Positions 8,047 to 19,100 are shown, numbered from the stretch's first letter. The stretch: 64,000 nt of DNA from Thermodesulfobacteriota bacterium (GCA_965215275.1 OZ244044.1:544001-608000); one strand, 5' to 3'. Notes: generated by a model not told the origin, from the sequence alone. Made by a program: numbers and translations.

Positions 8047-9606
8047 TTACGACGCGTAAGCCACGGACCTTACCTCCCGAATAACTGTTACCTTCACCCG
8101 TCCCGGATAGACCACCTCTTTTTCTATTTTCTTTGCAATTTCGTGCGAGAGCATTGCCGCTTCATCATCATTGACGTTCGAGTTCTGAACCATGACCCTG
8201 ACCTCCCTGCCCGCCTGGATCGCATAACATTTTTCAACCCCGTGAAACGAGTTCGCTATCTCCTCGATGCCATGGATCCTGTTTATGTAAGCTTCGTAAG
8301 ACTCTCTTCTGGCTCCCGGTCTTGCAGCAGAAATAGCGTCCGCCGCCTGAACCAGCAGAGGCAGCACGCCTTGCGGCTGCGGATCATGGGACTTGGCACA
8401 CGCGTCTATGACCGCCTCTGGTTCACCATATTTTTTAACAAGGTCTATGCCAATATCAATATGTGAACCCTGGAATTCGTGATCGACCGATTTCCCTATA
8501 TCGTGCAGAAGTCCTGCCCTTCTTGCCAGCTTGGTGTCAAAACCGATCTCAGAGGCCAGCATACCGCATATAAATCCAACTTCTATTGAGTGGCTGAGTA
8601 TGTTCTGTGAATAGCTGGTCCTGTACTTCAGTCTCCCGATGTAATGAACGAGTTCGGAGTGCATATTGGATATACCAAGATCAAAAACGGCCTCCTCCCC
8701 TGCTTTCTGTATTTCCTTCTCGACCTCTTCTTCAACCTCTTTGACTATTTCCTCGATCCTTGCCGGATGTATGTGTCCATCCTGGATCAGTTTTTCGAGA
8801 GACTTTTTGGCAATGTCCCTCCTTATGGGGTTAAGGGAAGAGACGACCACGGTCTCAGGGGTATCATCAATTATCAGGTCCACCCCGGTCTGCAGTTCCA
8901 AAGACCTGATATTCCTGCCTTCACGGCCTATCACCCTGCCCTTCATGTCATCACTGGGCAAATTGACCACGGAAACGGTCTTCTCTCCACTGTACGACCC
9001 TGCGTACCTTTGCATTGCCAGAGAGATCACGTTCTTTGCCTTTTCCTCAGCTGTTTTATTAAGCTCCTCTTCTATCTCTTTCAGTTTCCTCGCGGATTCA
9101 TGCTTTGCCTCGTTTTCAACTATATTCACGAGTTCCTGTTTTGCGGCCTCTCTGCTCATTCCGGCTATCTTTTCGATCCCGGTCTTTGCCTGCTCGATCA
9201 TAGCGTCAAGTTCATCCTGTTTTGTCTCCAGTTCCGATCTCTGCTCATTAAGCTGTTTTTCCATCTTCTCGGCTCTGATAAGTTTTTTATCATAGCTTGC
9301 GTATTTCTTGTCTATGATCTCCTCTTTGTTCTGAAGTCTCTGCTCGACCCTGGAAAACTCTTTCTGCTTCTGGCTTATCAGCCTGTCAAGTTGTGAATTT
9401 TTTTTCTCAACGATCTCCTTTGCCTTCAGTTCACTTTTCATCATCAGCCGTTCTGCCTCTTTCTTAGCTTCGTCCAGAACGCTCTGAGCTTTACGCTCAT
9501 TGGCTTCCTGTTTTTTGTTCACAACCAGTTTTCTATAAGCAAATTTAGCCGCTATACCAGCTGCGAAAGCAGCAGCCGTAATAATTGCAATAATCGTGAC
9601 ACCCAT
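8047..9606 (-). CDS. rny: Ribonuclease Y
   Basis: N-terminal TM plus coiled coil, KH (KGRVIGREGRNIR), HD (LLHDIGK), ADAISAARPGARRE. Confidence 0.98.
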   Translation of the reverse strand: MGVTIIAIITAAAFAAGIAAKFAYRKLVVNKKQEANERKAQSVLDEAKKEAERLMMKSELKAKEIVEKKNSQLDRLISQKQKEFSRVEQRLQNKEEIIDKKYASYDKKLIRAEKMEKQLNEQRSELETKQDELDAMIEQAKTGIEKIAGMSREAAKQELVNIVENEAKHESARKLKEIEEELNKTAEEKAKNVISLAMQRYAGSYSGEKTVSVVNLPSDDMKGRVIGREGRNIRSLELQTGVDLIIDDTPETVVVSSLNPIRRDIAKKSLEKLIQDGHIHPARIEEIVKEVEEEVEKEIQKAGEEAVFDLGISNMHSELVHYIGRLKYRTSYSQNILSHSIEVGFICGMLASEIGFDTKLARRAGLLHDIGKSVDHEFQGSHIDIGIDLVKKYGEPEAVIDACAKSHDPQPQGVLPLLVQAADAISAARPGARRESYEAYINRIHGIEEIANSFHGVEKCYAIQAGREVRVMVQNSNVNDDEAAMLSHEIAKKIEKEVVYPGRVKVTVIREVRSVAYAS

Positions 9607-9624
9607 TACTTTCTACCTCCTTTT

Positions 9625-10185
9625 CTAATGTTCACAGCTAAGCACACCATCCTCACTGATCAGATGACCAGCTCTCCTGTCAAGTACGTCAGTGGGAACA
9701 AGGTCAAAGATCTGAAAACTGAAGCACAAACCCACGACCCTGCCGTAAGGTACAGAGGCCAAAGCTCTGTCGTAATGACCTTTTCCATAACCCAGTCTGT
9801 TGCCCCTTACGTCAAAAGCCACCCCTGGAACGATAAAAAGGTCTATATCTTCCGTTTTCATCTCAGGTAATCCGGGACAGGGTTCATATATGCCGTACCT
9901 GTCGTTAAGTATGAGTTCGCACGGGTCCTCCACCCTGCTGAATACAAGACCCCCGTCCCTTACCTTCGGGAACAGAACGCTCTTGCCCAGATCAAGGGAG
10001 CGTTTAAAGATATCCAGGGTATCTACCTCGTTCTTAAAGGAATGGTACAGGGCAAGACTTCGGGAGCCTCTATAAAGAGAAGTCTCAATAAGGTCGTTGC
10101 AGATCGACCGGCTGGCCCGGCCTATGTACCCTCTGGACAACTGCAGGCGCTTCTGCAGGACCTTCCTGCGAACGGCCTGCTTCAC
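9625..10185 (-). CDS. ygfA: 5-formyltetrahydrofolate cyclo-ligase (start approximate)
   Basis: VPGVAFDVRGNRLGYGKGHYDR; the ORF-track N-terminal extension overlaps zapA and is probably not translated. Confidence 0.92.
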   Translation of the reverse strand: MKQAVRRKVLQKRLQLSRGYIGRASRSICNDLIETSLYRGSRSLALYHSFKNEVDTLDIFKRSLDLGKSVLFPKVRDGGLVFSRVEDPCELILNDRYGIYEPCPGLPEMKTEDIDLFIVPGVAFDVRGNRLGYGKGHYDRALASVPYGRVVGLCFSFQIFDLVPTDVLDRRAGHLISEDGVLSCEH

Positions 10186-10282
10186 CCTTTGGACAGACAG
10201 CGTATCTGAAACGTCCTGAAAGTTCAGCTTATGTACTTCAGGTACATAACCACGATCGTGGGATGATGGATCTTCATAAGAA

Positions 10283-10612
10283 CTAAGCTTGCTTAGCTCC
10301 GCCCCTTGTGAAATTCCCCTGCAGGTCCTCGACCCTTGTGAGTGATTTGTCCAGTATCTCAACCAGTCCGCTTGACTTCTGTTCTGCACGGCTTTTATGC
10401 TCCTCGAGCTCTTTTCTTGCTCTGAAAAGATCATCAACGATCTTGAAAGCCGCTACAAGAAACTGGTAAGGGATCTCCGGAACTTCGTCATCACTTGAAA
10501 ATTCTCTGACCTTTTCCTCTAAAAACTGGGCAATTTCCCTTACGTAATGCTCTTCAGCATCACTTCTAATCGTAAAACTTTGACCAAACAGATTTATCGG
10601 GACCCTTTTCAT
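10283..10612 (-). CDS. zapA: Cell division protein ZapA
   Basis: INLFGQSFTIRSD...VREIAQFLEEKV...AAFKIVDDL; conserved zapB-zapA-ygfA-rny order. Confidence 0.85.
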   Translation of the reverse strand: MKRVPINLFGQSFTIRSDAEEHYVREIAQFLEEKVREFSSDDEVPEIPYQFLVAAFKIVDDLFRARKELEEHKSRAEQKSSGLVEILDKSLTRVEDLQGNFTRGGAKQA

Positions 10613-10619
10613 TATCTAA

Positions 10620-10817
10620 TTACCCTGGATTTGTCAGATATTTCTCAATTTTTTCGATAACCGCTTCCACGTTCTGTTTCAAGTGAGATCTCTCGTCTTT
10701 AAGGCTGCTTATTTCATCTTTCAAAGATACCACTTCAGACTTTAGTTCCTCGTAACCATCAATAATTTTATTGTTCTTATCTATAAAATCTTTCAGCTTG
10801 CTCTCAAGAATATCCAT
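10620..10817 (-). CDS. zapB: ZapB-like coiled-coil protein
   Basis: 65-aa pure coiled coil directly upstream of zapA. Confidence 0.65.
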   Translation of the reverse strand: MDILESKLKDFIDKNNKIIDGYEELKSEVVSLKDEISSLKDERSHLKQNVEAVIEKIEKYLTNPG

Positions 10818-10889
10818 TGATCATTCCTTTAAGGTAAGAGTTTATCCGTGTATTGAAATTATTGCAAGTCGTGTAATATTTAAACTCAA

Positions 10890-11954
10890 ATGACGAATAC
10901 TGGAATGTTAAGCAGACTGGACGAAGTTGAAAGCAAGTACAGCGAGATAGAGAGCAGTCTGAATCAGGCTGGCCTCTCTCCCGAAGAGATAAAGAACTTC
11001 TCACTGGAAAGAGCGGAACTGGAAGATATAGTCCATACGTACAGAGAGTTCAAAAGGGTATCGCATAACATAGAGGAAAACAAAGAACTTCTGAACGATA
11101 AGGACCTCTCTGCTCTTGTAAAGGAAGAAAACCTGCTGCTCCAGGAAGAGAGAAAAGACCTGGAGAACAGGCTCAGACTGCACCTTCTTCCCAAAGACCC
11201 AAAAGATAAAAAAAACGTTATAATGGAGATCAGAGCAGGTGCCGGAGGAGAGGAAGCGGCACTTTTCGCCTCTGACCTTTCCCGTATGTACACAAGGTTT
11301 TGTGAAAACAGACAATGGAAACTGGAACCTCTTAACATTAACGAAACAGGTATCGGGGGAATAAAGGAAATATCGTGTTCGATCGAGGGAAAGAACGTTT
11401 ACGGGACTTTAAAGTACGAAAGCGGGGTCCACAGGGTACAGCGAATACCTGAGACCGAAACGGGAGGCAGAATACACACTTCGACCGCAACGGTCGCTAT
11501 ACTGCCAGACGCAGATGAGGTGGACGTTCAGATCAGTGAAAAGGACCTGCGCACGGACACGTACAGGGCATCAGGGGCAGGCGGACAGCACGTGAATAAA
11601 ACAGATTCCGCCATAAGGATCACTCACGTGCCGTCGGGCATCGTCGTACAGTGTCAGGATGAACGCTCACAGCACAAGAACAGAGCACATGCAATGAAGA
11701 TGCTCAGAGCAAAACTGTACGAAATAGAGGAATCAAAAAGAGAGGCTGAACTTTCCGACAACAGGAAGTATCAGGTCGGTTCCGGCGACAGGAGCGAGAA
11801 GATAAGGACCTATAATTTTCCACAAAGCCGCGTGACCGATCACAGGATAGGACTCACGGTGCACAAGATAGAATCCATACTGGACGGCAACCTGGATGAA
11901 CTCATACAGTCCCTTATAACGTTTTATCAGGCGGAGGGCCTTAAAAACCTTTAA
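10890..11954 (+). CDS. prfA: Peptide chain release factor 1
   Basis: GGQ motif (GAGGQHVNKTDSA), PET anticodon-mimic (RIPETE), RTYNFPQ. Confidence 0.98.
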   Translation: MTNTGMLSRLDEVESKYSEIESSLNQAGLSPEEIKNFSLERAELEDIVHTYREFKRVSHNIEENKELLNDKDLSALVKEENLLLQEERKDLENRLRLHLLPKDPKDKKNVIMEIRAGAGGEEAALFASDLSRMYTRFCENRQWKLEPLNINETGIGGIKEISCSIEGKNVYGTLKYESGVHRVQRIPETETGGRIHTSTATVAILPDADEVDVQISEKDLRTDTYRASGAGGQHVNKTDSAIRITHVPSGIVVQCQDERSQHKNRAHAMKMLRAKLYEIEESKREAELSDNRKYQVGSGDRSEKIRTYNFPQSRVTDHRIGLTVHKIESILDGNLDELIQSLITFYQAEGLKNL

Positions 11955-12017
11955 ACGGCACGAGAAGACCACCGGGTATCTACGCTTTAATGAGATAACC
12001 TGATATAATGCTCTTTG

Positions 12018-12797
12018 ATGTATATTCCCTATACAATTTCACTTACCTACTTTCTCAGCCTGATATTCTTTATATTCGACCTGTGGGAACCAAGGGAAAG
12101 GACCTCCAGGATCGGATCTTACCTTGGTATTTCAGGCTTTCTGTTCCATACCTACTACCTGTATGGGATAATGTTCGAAGGCAGTGCTCACGCCGGTGGT
12201 CTGACAAAGTCGCTGATAATATTCGCGTGGTTCATCCCGCTTGTTTTCCTGATCTCACGTATGCTCTACAAACTCCCGTCCCTGGGAGCGTTTATATTCT
12301 CGCTCGCGTTCGTTGGTACGGTGCCGAGCCTGGTGGTTCCGCATGGAGTGATCGCAGCCGACGACCCGACCATAAACAATCCCTGGATACTTGTGCACGT
12401 TATCGTCGTGTTTCTCGCTTCGGCAATTTTTGCAATAGCTTTCGTGGCAGGGGTGTTCTATCTCTTTGAAGAAGGCAGGATCAAGGAAAAGCGTCTCAGC
12501 AGGATATTACAGCAGCTGCCGTCCTTAAACACCCTTGATAAGGTCAATCACATCGGGCTGATGATCGGGTTTCCGATGATCACGGTCGGTATGGCAATAG
12601 GGTTTTTTGTTGCAAATCAGATCTGGGGGTCTGCGTGGAACTGGGGTAACAAGGAAACCCTGTCAGTAGTTACCTGGTCAACGTATGCAGTTTTACTCAA
12701 CTGCAGGCTGTCGTTCGGCTGGAAAGGGAAAAGGTCCGCCGTGGGGGCGATCATAGGATTTGGGATTATCATCATTACACTGATAAACACGGCCTGA
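12018..12797 (+). CDS. Cytochrome c biogenesis protein CcsA/HemX-like membrane protein
   Basis: Multiple TM helices, WILVH, and a WWD-like IWGSAWNWGNKE...W motif. Confidence 0.85.
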   Translation: MYIPYTISLTYFLSLIFFIFDLWEPRERTSRIGSYLGISGFLFHTYYLYGIMFEGSAHAGGLTKSLIIFAWFIPLVFLISRMLYKLPSLGAFIFSLAFVGTVPSLVVPHGVIAADDPTINNPWILVHVIVVFLASAIFAIAFVAGVFYLFEEGRIKEKRLSRILQQLPSLNTLDKVNHIGLMIGFPMITVGMAIGFFVANQIWGSAWNWGNKETLSVVTWSTYAVLLNCRLSFGWKGKRSAVGAIIGFGIIIITLINTA

Positions 12798-12888
12798 AGA
12801 CCATATTCTCGTATCAGGATCGAACCTGTTGCATTATTGTGCGTATATATTTACAATTAAACACGATAATAATTAAGGAGGTATAACA

Positions 12889-13092
12889 ATGGCTGTAGCA
12901 CGAATAACCGAAGTTGTGGGTGGTTCTCCCAAATCATGGGAAGACGCCGTACAGCAGGCTCTCGAAAGAGCCAACAAGACCATAAGGGGACTTACGGGCA
13001 TTGAAGTAACAAAAATGAACGCTCATATAGAGGATGGTAAAATAACAGAATACAGGGCTCATGTCAGAATAACCTTTATTCTTGAAGAATAA
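12889..13092 (+). CDS. Dodecin family flavin-binding protein
   Basis: ITEVVGGSPKSWEDAVQQALERANKTIRG...YRAHVRITF; SD AAGGAGG. Confidence 0.93.
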   Translation: MAVARITEVVGGSPKSWEDAVQQALERANKTIRGLTGIEVTKMNAHIEDGKITEYRAHVRITFILEE

Positions 13093-13122
13093 ACTATTCA
13101 ATAACGGCAGTCAGACCTTTAC

Positions 13123-13164
13123 GTCATGATCAGTCCACCTGAATTCGAACGGACTGGTCATGAC
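13123..13164 (+). terminator. Strong hairpin after dodecin, probable terminator
   Basis: GTCATGATCAGTCC ... GGACTGGTCATGAC 14-bp stem (one G-U) followed by a pyrimidine-rich tract. Confidence 0.55.
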
Positions 13165-13213
13165 CTTCACCTGTACTTCTTTTTCATCACGCTGTTAATT
13201 CTGATACTGATAA

Positions 13214-14071
13214 ATGAACGAGTTTGTAAAATCGCACGGGCTTGGCAATGACTACATCGTACTGGACGGTAACAAACTCTCCTTTGATCTCACCCCGGAG
13301 ACCGTAAGACTGATCTGCCACAGGAACTTTGGCATAGGTTCCGATGGAATATTGCTTTTAACTTCCACTGAACCCGGCACCTTTGGATTAAGGATACTTA
13401 ATCCTGACGGAAGCGAGGCGGAAAAAAGCGGGAACGGGCTGAGAATATTCTCCAAGTATCTTTATGAACACGGATATACCGGCAGCAGTAAATTTCAGAT
13501 AAGAACTCTCGGCGGCATGGTAACGTGTGAACTGGACATCGCCGGCAAAACGGTAGAACACGTAACGGTGGAAATGGGATTTGCAAATTTCAACAGCAGG
13601 GATATACCGGTAGAGGGTAAAGAAAGAGAGGTTGTTGACGAAGAGATAAGGATAGAAGGAGATATACTGAAGTTTACCGCGTTGTCGGTCGGTAATCCCC
13701 ACTGCGTGATATTTTCTGATGACCTTGAGCCAGGCTATATAAAAAAAGTCGGTCCCATTATTGAGAACAACAGATCGTTTCCCAGCAGAATAAACGTCCA
13801 GCTTGCAAAGGTCACTTCAAAAGACTCAATTGACATTTTAATATGGGAACGCGGAGCAGGATACACGCTCGCCTCGGGCAGCAGTTCCTGTGCGGTAGCG
13901 GCAGCGGCTGTAAAAAACGGTTTAACGGACAATGAAGTTCAGATAAACATGCCCGGCGGAACGCTGAACGTTCATGTAAGGAAAGACTGGTCTATAAAGA
14001 TGAAAGGACCAGTGGAAGAGGTAGCATCCGGCGTTATCAGCAATGACCTGCTTGCAAAAATTCAGAACTGA
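13214..14071 (+). CDS. dapF: Diaminopimelate epimerase
   Basis: KSHGLGNDY, GSDG, NPDGSEAEKSGNG, VGNPH, WERGAGYTLASGS. Confidence 0.96.
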   Translation: MNEFVKSHGLGNDYIVLDGNKLSFDLTPETVRLICHRNFGIGSDGILLLTSTEPGTFGLRILNPDGSEAEKSGNGLRIFSKYLYEHGYTGSSKFQIRTLGGMVTCELDIAGKTVEHVTVEMGFANFNSRDIPVEGKEREVVDEEIRIEGDILKFTALSVGNPHCVIFSDDLEPGYIKKVGPIIENNRSFPSRINVQLAKVTSKDSIDILIWERGAGYTLASGSSSCAVAAAAVKNGLTDNEVQINMPGGTLNVHVRKDWSIKMKGPVEEVASGVISNDLLAKIQN

Positions 14072-14179
14072 GCTAATAGTATCCTGTTTTCTCATCATTG
14101 ATCAGATGGTCCATTATCTGTATTAAATCGGTATTTTAGTTACCTCTTTACCATGTATTATCATTTTGAATGAAAGGCT

Positions 14180-14895
14180 ATGCTTCACCTTATTCGTACA
14201 TATTTCAGTAATGTTCTAAAAGCAATATATTATTATTGTGGAAAAGAAATGTATTGCCCAGTATGCAAAAGATCGTCCAGAGAGTTTCTTCCCGTTAATA
14301 ATCGCAAAAATGCTCAATGCCCAATATGCGGTTCCTATGAAAGACATCGCTTGATATACCTTTTCCTTTTAAAAACATATTCTACCCCCCCCCTCCATCT
14401 GTAAAAGTGCTTGATATCGCACCAGCCGTGTGCCTTGCGCAAAAGTTAAAGGAACATTTTGGTAAAAGGTACTTGTCCGCCGGTCTAAGTGACCGAGACG
14501 TGATGGTAGAAATGGATATAACGAACATCAAATATCCAGACAGGTCTTTCGACCTGATCATCTGCAGTCACGTACTGGAACATATTCAGGATGATAAAAA
14601 AGCTATAAGCGAACTATACAGAGTACTAAAGGATAACAGCATGGCTGTAATACTAGTTCCCTTAACTTTAACTCAAAAAACATTTGAGGACCCATCAATA
14701 ACAGACCCTGAAGAACGCCTCAAAACCTTTGGTCAACATGATCATGTCCGGATATGCGGAAAAGATTATACAGACAGAATACGCGATGCTGGATTTCACG
14801 TCGAAACTGTTACACCAGATACATTCCTTTCAGATAAAGAGATCATAAGATTTGGATTAGTGATAGAAGAACCGATCTTTTTAGCACGAAAGTAA
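14180..14895 (+). pseudogene. Class I SAM-dependent methyltransferase with N-terminal Zn-ribbon, frameshifted at a C9 tract (14385-14393)
   Basis: ORF 14180..14404 (CPVC...CPICGSYERHR) and ORF 14407..14895 (LDIAP, CSHVLEHI, FGQHDHVR) join into one 238-aa ORF if one C is added. Confidence 0.85.
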
Positions 14896-14946
14896 CATGC
14901 CAGGCGAGACTTTCTATCACCTGTTTTCCCTTAACTGGAAACAGGA

Positions 14947-16056
14947 TCATTCGTCCCTGTCAGGTAATCTGTAACTGGTGCTGCGTCCCCCACCGGGGTT
15001 CTGAATGAATATACCTCGTTCCTTCAATTCCCGAATATCCCTGAGCGCCGTGTCATTAGAGCATTTTGCCATCTTGGCATATTTGGAGGTGTTCATATAC
15101 CCTTTAAAATCATCTTCGAGCATGCGATTGATGATCATGCGTTGGTTCTCATTAACGGGCCTCTGATTGATCTTATTCCAAAGCTGTGCCTTGAACAGAA
15201 CATTGCCAAGGGTGATTTCAGCACTGGAGATCGCTTGTCCTAAACAATCCAAGAACCATTCGAGCCAGCCCGTGATTTCCGGCGTGCCGCGTTGCTGCTT
15301 CTCCAGCTGGTCGTAGTAATCCTTACGTTTGGCCTCAATTTGAGATGACATGCTGTAGAAACGGTCAGGTGTGCCATCGGCACGAGCCAGCGCCATATCA
15401 CCAATGGCTCGTGCAATACGGCCATTCCCATCTTCGAACGGATGAATGGTGACAAACCAAAAATGAGCTATGCCTGCTTTCAAAACCGGGTAGACGTCAT
15501 GCCCGTTGTCATACCAATCAAAAAAGGCCTGCATTTCCTTTTCCAGCCGGTCGGCGTCCGGTGCTTCAAAGTGGACCTTCTCTTTGCCTGTCGGACCAGA
15601 AACAACGTGCATAGGACCTGCATCCGGTGTACGCCATCCGCCAACGGTGATCCGACGCATGCCGCTGATCCCTGTCGGGAACAGTGCTGCATGCCAGCCA
15701 AACAGGCGGTCTCTGGTCAAAGGTTTTGAAAACCGCTGCGTGGCGTCCAGCATCATTTCAACGACCCCTTCCACGTCACGGCTTGCAGGTATAAGTCCGG
15801 CTACGTCGATCCCCAGTCTACGGGCGATGGAGGAGCGTACTTCCAACGGGTTGAGTTTCTCACCCTCAATGGCTGATGATTTCACTACGTCATTGGTCAG
15901 GGTGATGAGACTGGCCTCACGCCTGAACTCAAAACCAATACCTTTCATATAACCAAGCAAATGCCCTTGACGGTGGCTTATATCAGCCAGCCTGGAAGTT
16001 ATAAATCCGGTATCCCAGGTAAAGTCTGGCCAGTTTTGATGCTTATGTATCCACAT
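14947..16056 (-). CDS. Fic family protein (DUF4172 N-terminus, Fic domain, C-terminal wHTH)
   Basis: MWIHKHQNWPDFTWD, SSAIEGE, HPFEDGNGRIAR, DTALRDI...GGRSTSY. Confidence 0.93.
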   Translation of the reverse strand: MWIHKHQNWPDFTWDTGFITSRLADISHRQGHLLGYMKGIGFEFRREASLITLTNDVVKSSAIEGEKLNPLEVRSSIARRLGIDVAGLIPASRDVEGVVEMMLDATQRFSKPLTRDRLFGWHAALFPTGISGMRRITVGGWRTPDAGPMHVVSGPTGKEKVHFEAPDADRLEKEMQAFFDWYDNGHDVYPVLKAGIAHFWFVTIHPFEDGNGRIARAIGDMALARADGTPDRFYSMSSQIEAKRKDYYDQLEKQQRGTPEITGWLEWFLDCLGQAISSAEITLGNVLFKAQLWNKINQRPVNENQRMIINRMLEDDFKGYMNTSKYAKMAKCSNDTALRDIRELKERGIFIQNPGGGRSTSYRLPDRDE

Positions 16057-16112
16057 ATTAATAACCGCGTTATTTAAGGTAATTATAGGGTCTGTTCACA
16101 GCAAGGTCAAGC

Positions 16113-16196
16113 CTATTCACCGCAAAATGTGCGGTGATTAATCAGTCTATTCACTGCAAAATATGCGGTGATTAATCAGTCTGTTCACCGCATGTG
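16113..16196. repeat. Tandem 34-bp palindromic repeats (about 2.5 copies) upstream of fic, probable operator array
   Basis: ctattcaccgcaaaatgtgcggtgattaatcagt at 16113, variant at 16147, partial copy at 16181; core TCACCGCA-n5-TGCGGTGA. Confidence 0.85.
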
Positions 16197-19100
16197 TTCC
16201 CTGCAGCATAGTCATACAGCCAGCAGAAAGTATTGACCAGCTTCATCTGCTCAACCGTGTTACAGAGGATCTCCAGCAGCTGGGGATTGAGCACAACAAT
16301 GGCCAGACACTGTGCACGGGAGATGGCAACGTTCAGGCGGTTCTTGCTGTACAGAAACTCAATGTTGCGCGGCAGGTCTTCGGCACTGGACGTGACCATG
16401 GAGACCAGCACGACCGGTGCTTCCTGCCCCTGGAACTTGTCAACGGTACCCACCCTGGCATTCTCGGGCAGTACAGAGCGCAGGTAGTTCACCTGTATGT
16501 TATAGGGGGTCACCACCAGAATATCGTCTTCGGTGATCGGGCGCGTGATGCCATCAAGACCTGTAAAACTCTGCCCGAGCAAGCCTTGATATCTGACTTT
16601 GATGATCTCACCTTCTTCTACGCTCTTTTGTGAACAGCCTTTGTGATCTGCTGGAATAACCACAATACCTTCATCTGGCAGATCTATACCTTGCAGGCTA
16701 ATACTCCGTTTGGCAGTGCTTTCATGGGCGGTCAAACGGCCATCGTAAAAAGCCTTCGAGATAAACTTGCAGATGCTTGGGCGCATGCGCCATGTCTGAC
16801 CAAGGAAGATGCCTCGCTCATCTTTGATAGTTGAACGACCACACAGCAGGAACTCCAGAACGGATAATCCGGCTTCTCCGGGGTGCGTGCCCTGAATGGG
16901 TTGCCCCAGCTGCATCTGATCCCCCACCAGAATGACGTTCTTGGTAGCACTGGACATGGCTACGACGTTGGCAGTGGAGACTTGCCCGGCTTCATCAATG
17001 AACAGGTAATCCAGCTTCCCATCGAAATGCAGTTTAGCAAATGTCCAGGCCGTTCCGGCAAACAGGTCTGCGTTAAGGTCCATATCCCCGGTACTGGTCT
17101 CTGAGCAGATGAACTTCCCTTCAAAGACCGTCTCGTTATTGTTGATGGTGGCTTTTTTGATACCACGGAAGCGTACGCTTTTTTCTGTAGCGACATCTTC
17201 GACTTTCCTCAGAATATTATGAATGGCCTTATGCGAGTTGGAGGCAATACCGATCTTTTTGCCGCGCTTTATCAAGTCCACGATAATGTGGCTGCTGGTA
17301 TAGGTCTTACCTGCACCCGGAGGACCTTGTATAAAAATATAGCTGTTCTCCAGTGCAGCAATGGCTTTCAGTGCATCACCCTGCAGATCATTTGAGGTAA
17401 TAATGGCCTTGTCCGACTGTTTACCTTTAATACGTGGAACTTCGCGGTTCAGCAGTTCCGTAGCGAGGTGAACCTTGCCAGGTGATTTCAACACATGATC
17501 CGCGTAGCGGTAAATGGCTGATCGGAGGTCATTAGCGTCGATAGGAGCATGTGGACCGATGGACAGGCTTTCCGGCAGCGGATCTCGACCGTTTCCGCGC
17601 TTGATCTTGACGATACAGTCAGAATCATCGATCTCGACGATGACGCCAGCTGGGGCCATAACTGCGACATTATCTACATTCGAGTTGACCTTCAGCTTGT
17701 ATTCCTGTGGCGGAAAGCTGTAGGTGTAGACCAGTGAGCGTTTTTCATGCTCGGGACCACCAACTTGCTTCAGGCCGGCAAGGCATTCGATGTCATCGAT
17801 CAACTCATCTTCAGGCTTGTTCTGCCGATCAAATCTACTCCACCATTGCGGCTTGGCTTCCCGTCTGTGAAACTCCAGCAAATGGGCCAGTTTCTCATTG
17901 ATGGGTGGCGGGTTTTCTCCGGTCATGCCCAAATGGTTCTGGTAATCCTCATATTGTATTTCCCAAGGCTTGCGCTCCACCGGTTTTTCTTCCCCGGCAT
18001 CCTCCGTCAAGTCTTTTTTGGACCGCTGCGTACCCACGGTTTTGAGAGTTAAAAGCCAGTTTCGCAGTAAATGCGTGGAAACACAGTCCTTCTCGTTATA
18101 CTCAACAATCTCCTGCAGTAACTCATCGTTACCAGTTTCACGCCATTTATTATAAACGACTATACTTTCTGCAGCCGTCTTCACCGCGTCGTCCCGCTCG
18201 TTCATGTAAAAGGTCTCAAGGTTCTTAAGGGAATAGCCCGGCTCTGAGGTGCGAATGCTCTCGCGCACGACCGCATACAGATCGATGAACTTATGATAGC
18301 GCAGCAGATTGTCCATCTGCTCTTCACGCACTGCATAACGACAGGCCAGACGTTTAAGTGCCGTTGTTTCATAATGGTTGTAGTGATAGATATGAGCATT
18401 GGGATGTTTGGTCAGATGATTTTCCAGAAAGGCCATAAAGCGTTCAAAGGTCTTTTTCTCTTCCTTGTGATCATGTGCCCAGAACGGCTTGAATACCCCT
18501 GTACCGTTCTTTAAATAGTAAACCCCGAACAGGTATTCCAGGCCATTTGGATAAAGCGGGTCTCCCTCCATATCGAAGAACAGGTCTCCATTGTCCTGCA
18601 CGGGTATGCGGTCAAAACCTTTTCCCGGCAGAACGACCTTAATAACCTCGTACTTATTTTCGCCCGTGGTCTTCTTGTGATGCTGCAAGACGGCTTGAGA
18701 GCGCAGGCGCGAGAACCCGTCACGGTTCAGGTCAGGGATCTTTGTATCCTCTGCCGTGGAAGCCAGATCAGCGACCGTCCGAACATCTGCCTTTCGTAGT
18801 TTGTCCATCTGCGACCGCCGAATATTGGCCACAAGGCTGAGATGATCGTCTTCCTCCCACTGTGCTTTACAGCGGTCCTGCCACTGGCAGAATTTACAGT
18901 GGCTGCAGGGCTCAGGATAGGAATCTGCAGGCAAGTTCTTTATGTAGTTCTCAAAGCGGTCCTTGGCACGGGCGTAATAGTAGCGGAAGTCATCCACCCG
19001 GAAACTGTGCTTCTCATTATTCCCCAGAAACAGGTGCATGTTCACCGGATGAAGCTCCTGCAAGGTGGTCAGCAGTTCGGAATAGACGCACAGTTGCATT

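Noticed and set aside
8143..9396. Long plus-strand ORFs (107, 250, 209 aa) opposite rny, and similar antisense ORFs throughout the window
   Set aside because: Shadow frames of well-supported genes
10186..10437. N-terminal extension of the 270-aa ygfA ORF
   Set aside because: Overlaps zapA in another frame and has no family resemblance; the real start is likely near 10185
16113..16196. Possible mini-CRISPR array next to a Cas4-like nuclease
   Set aside because: Repeats are head-to-tail with no spacers and there are no cas genes; better explained as operators
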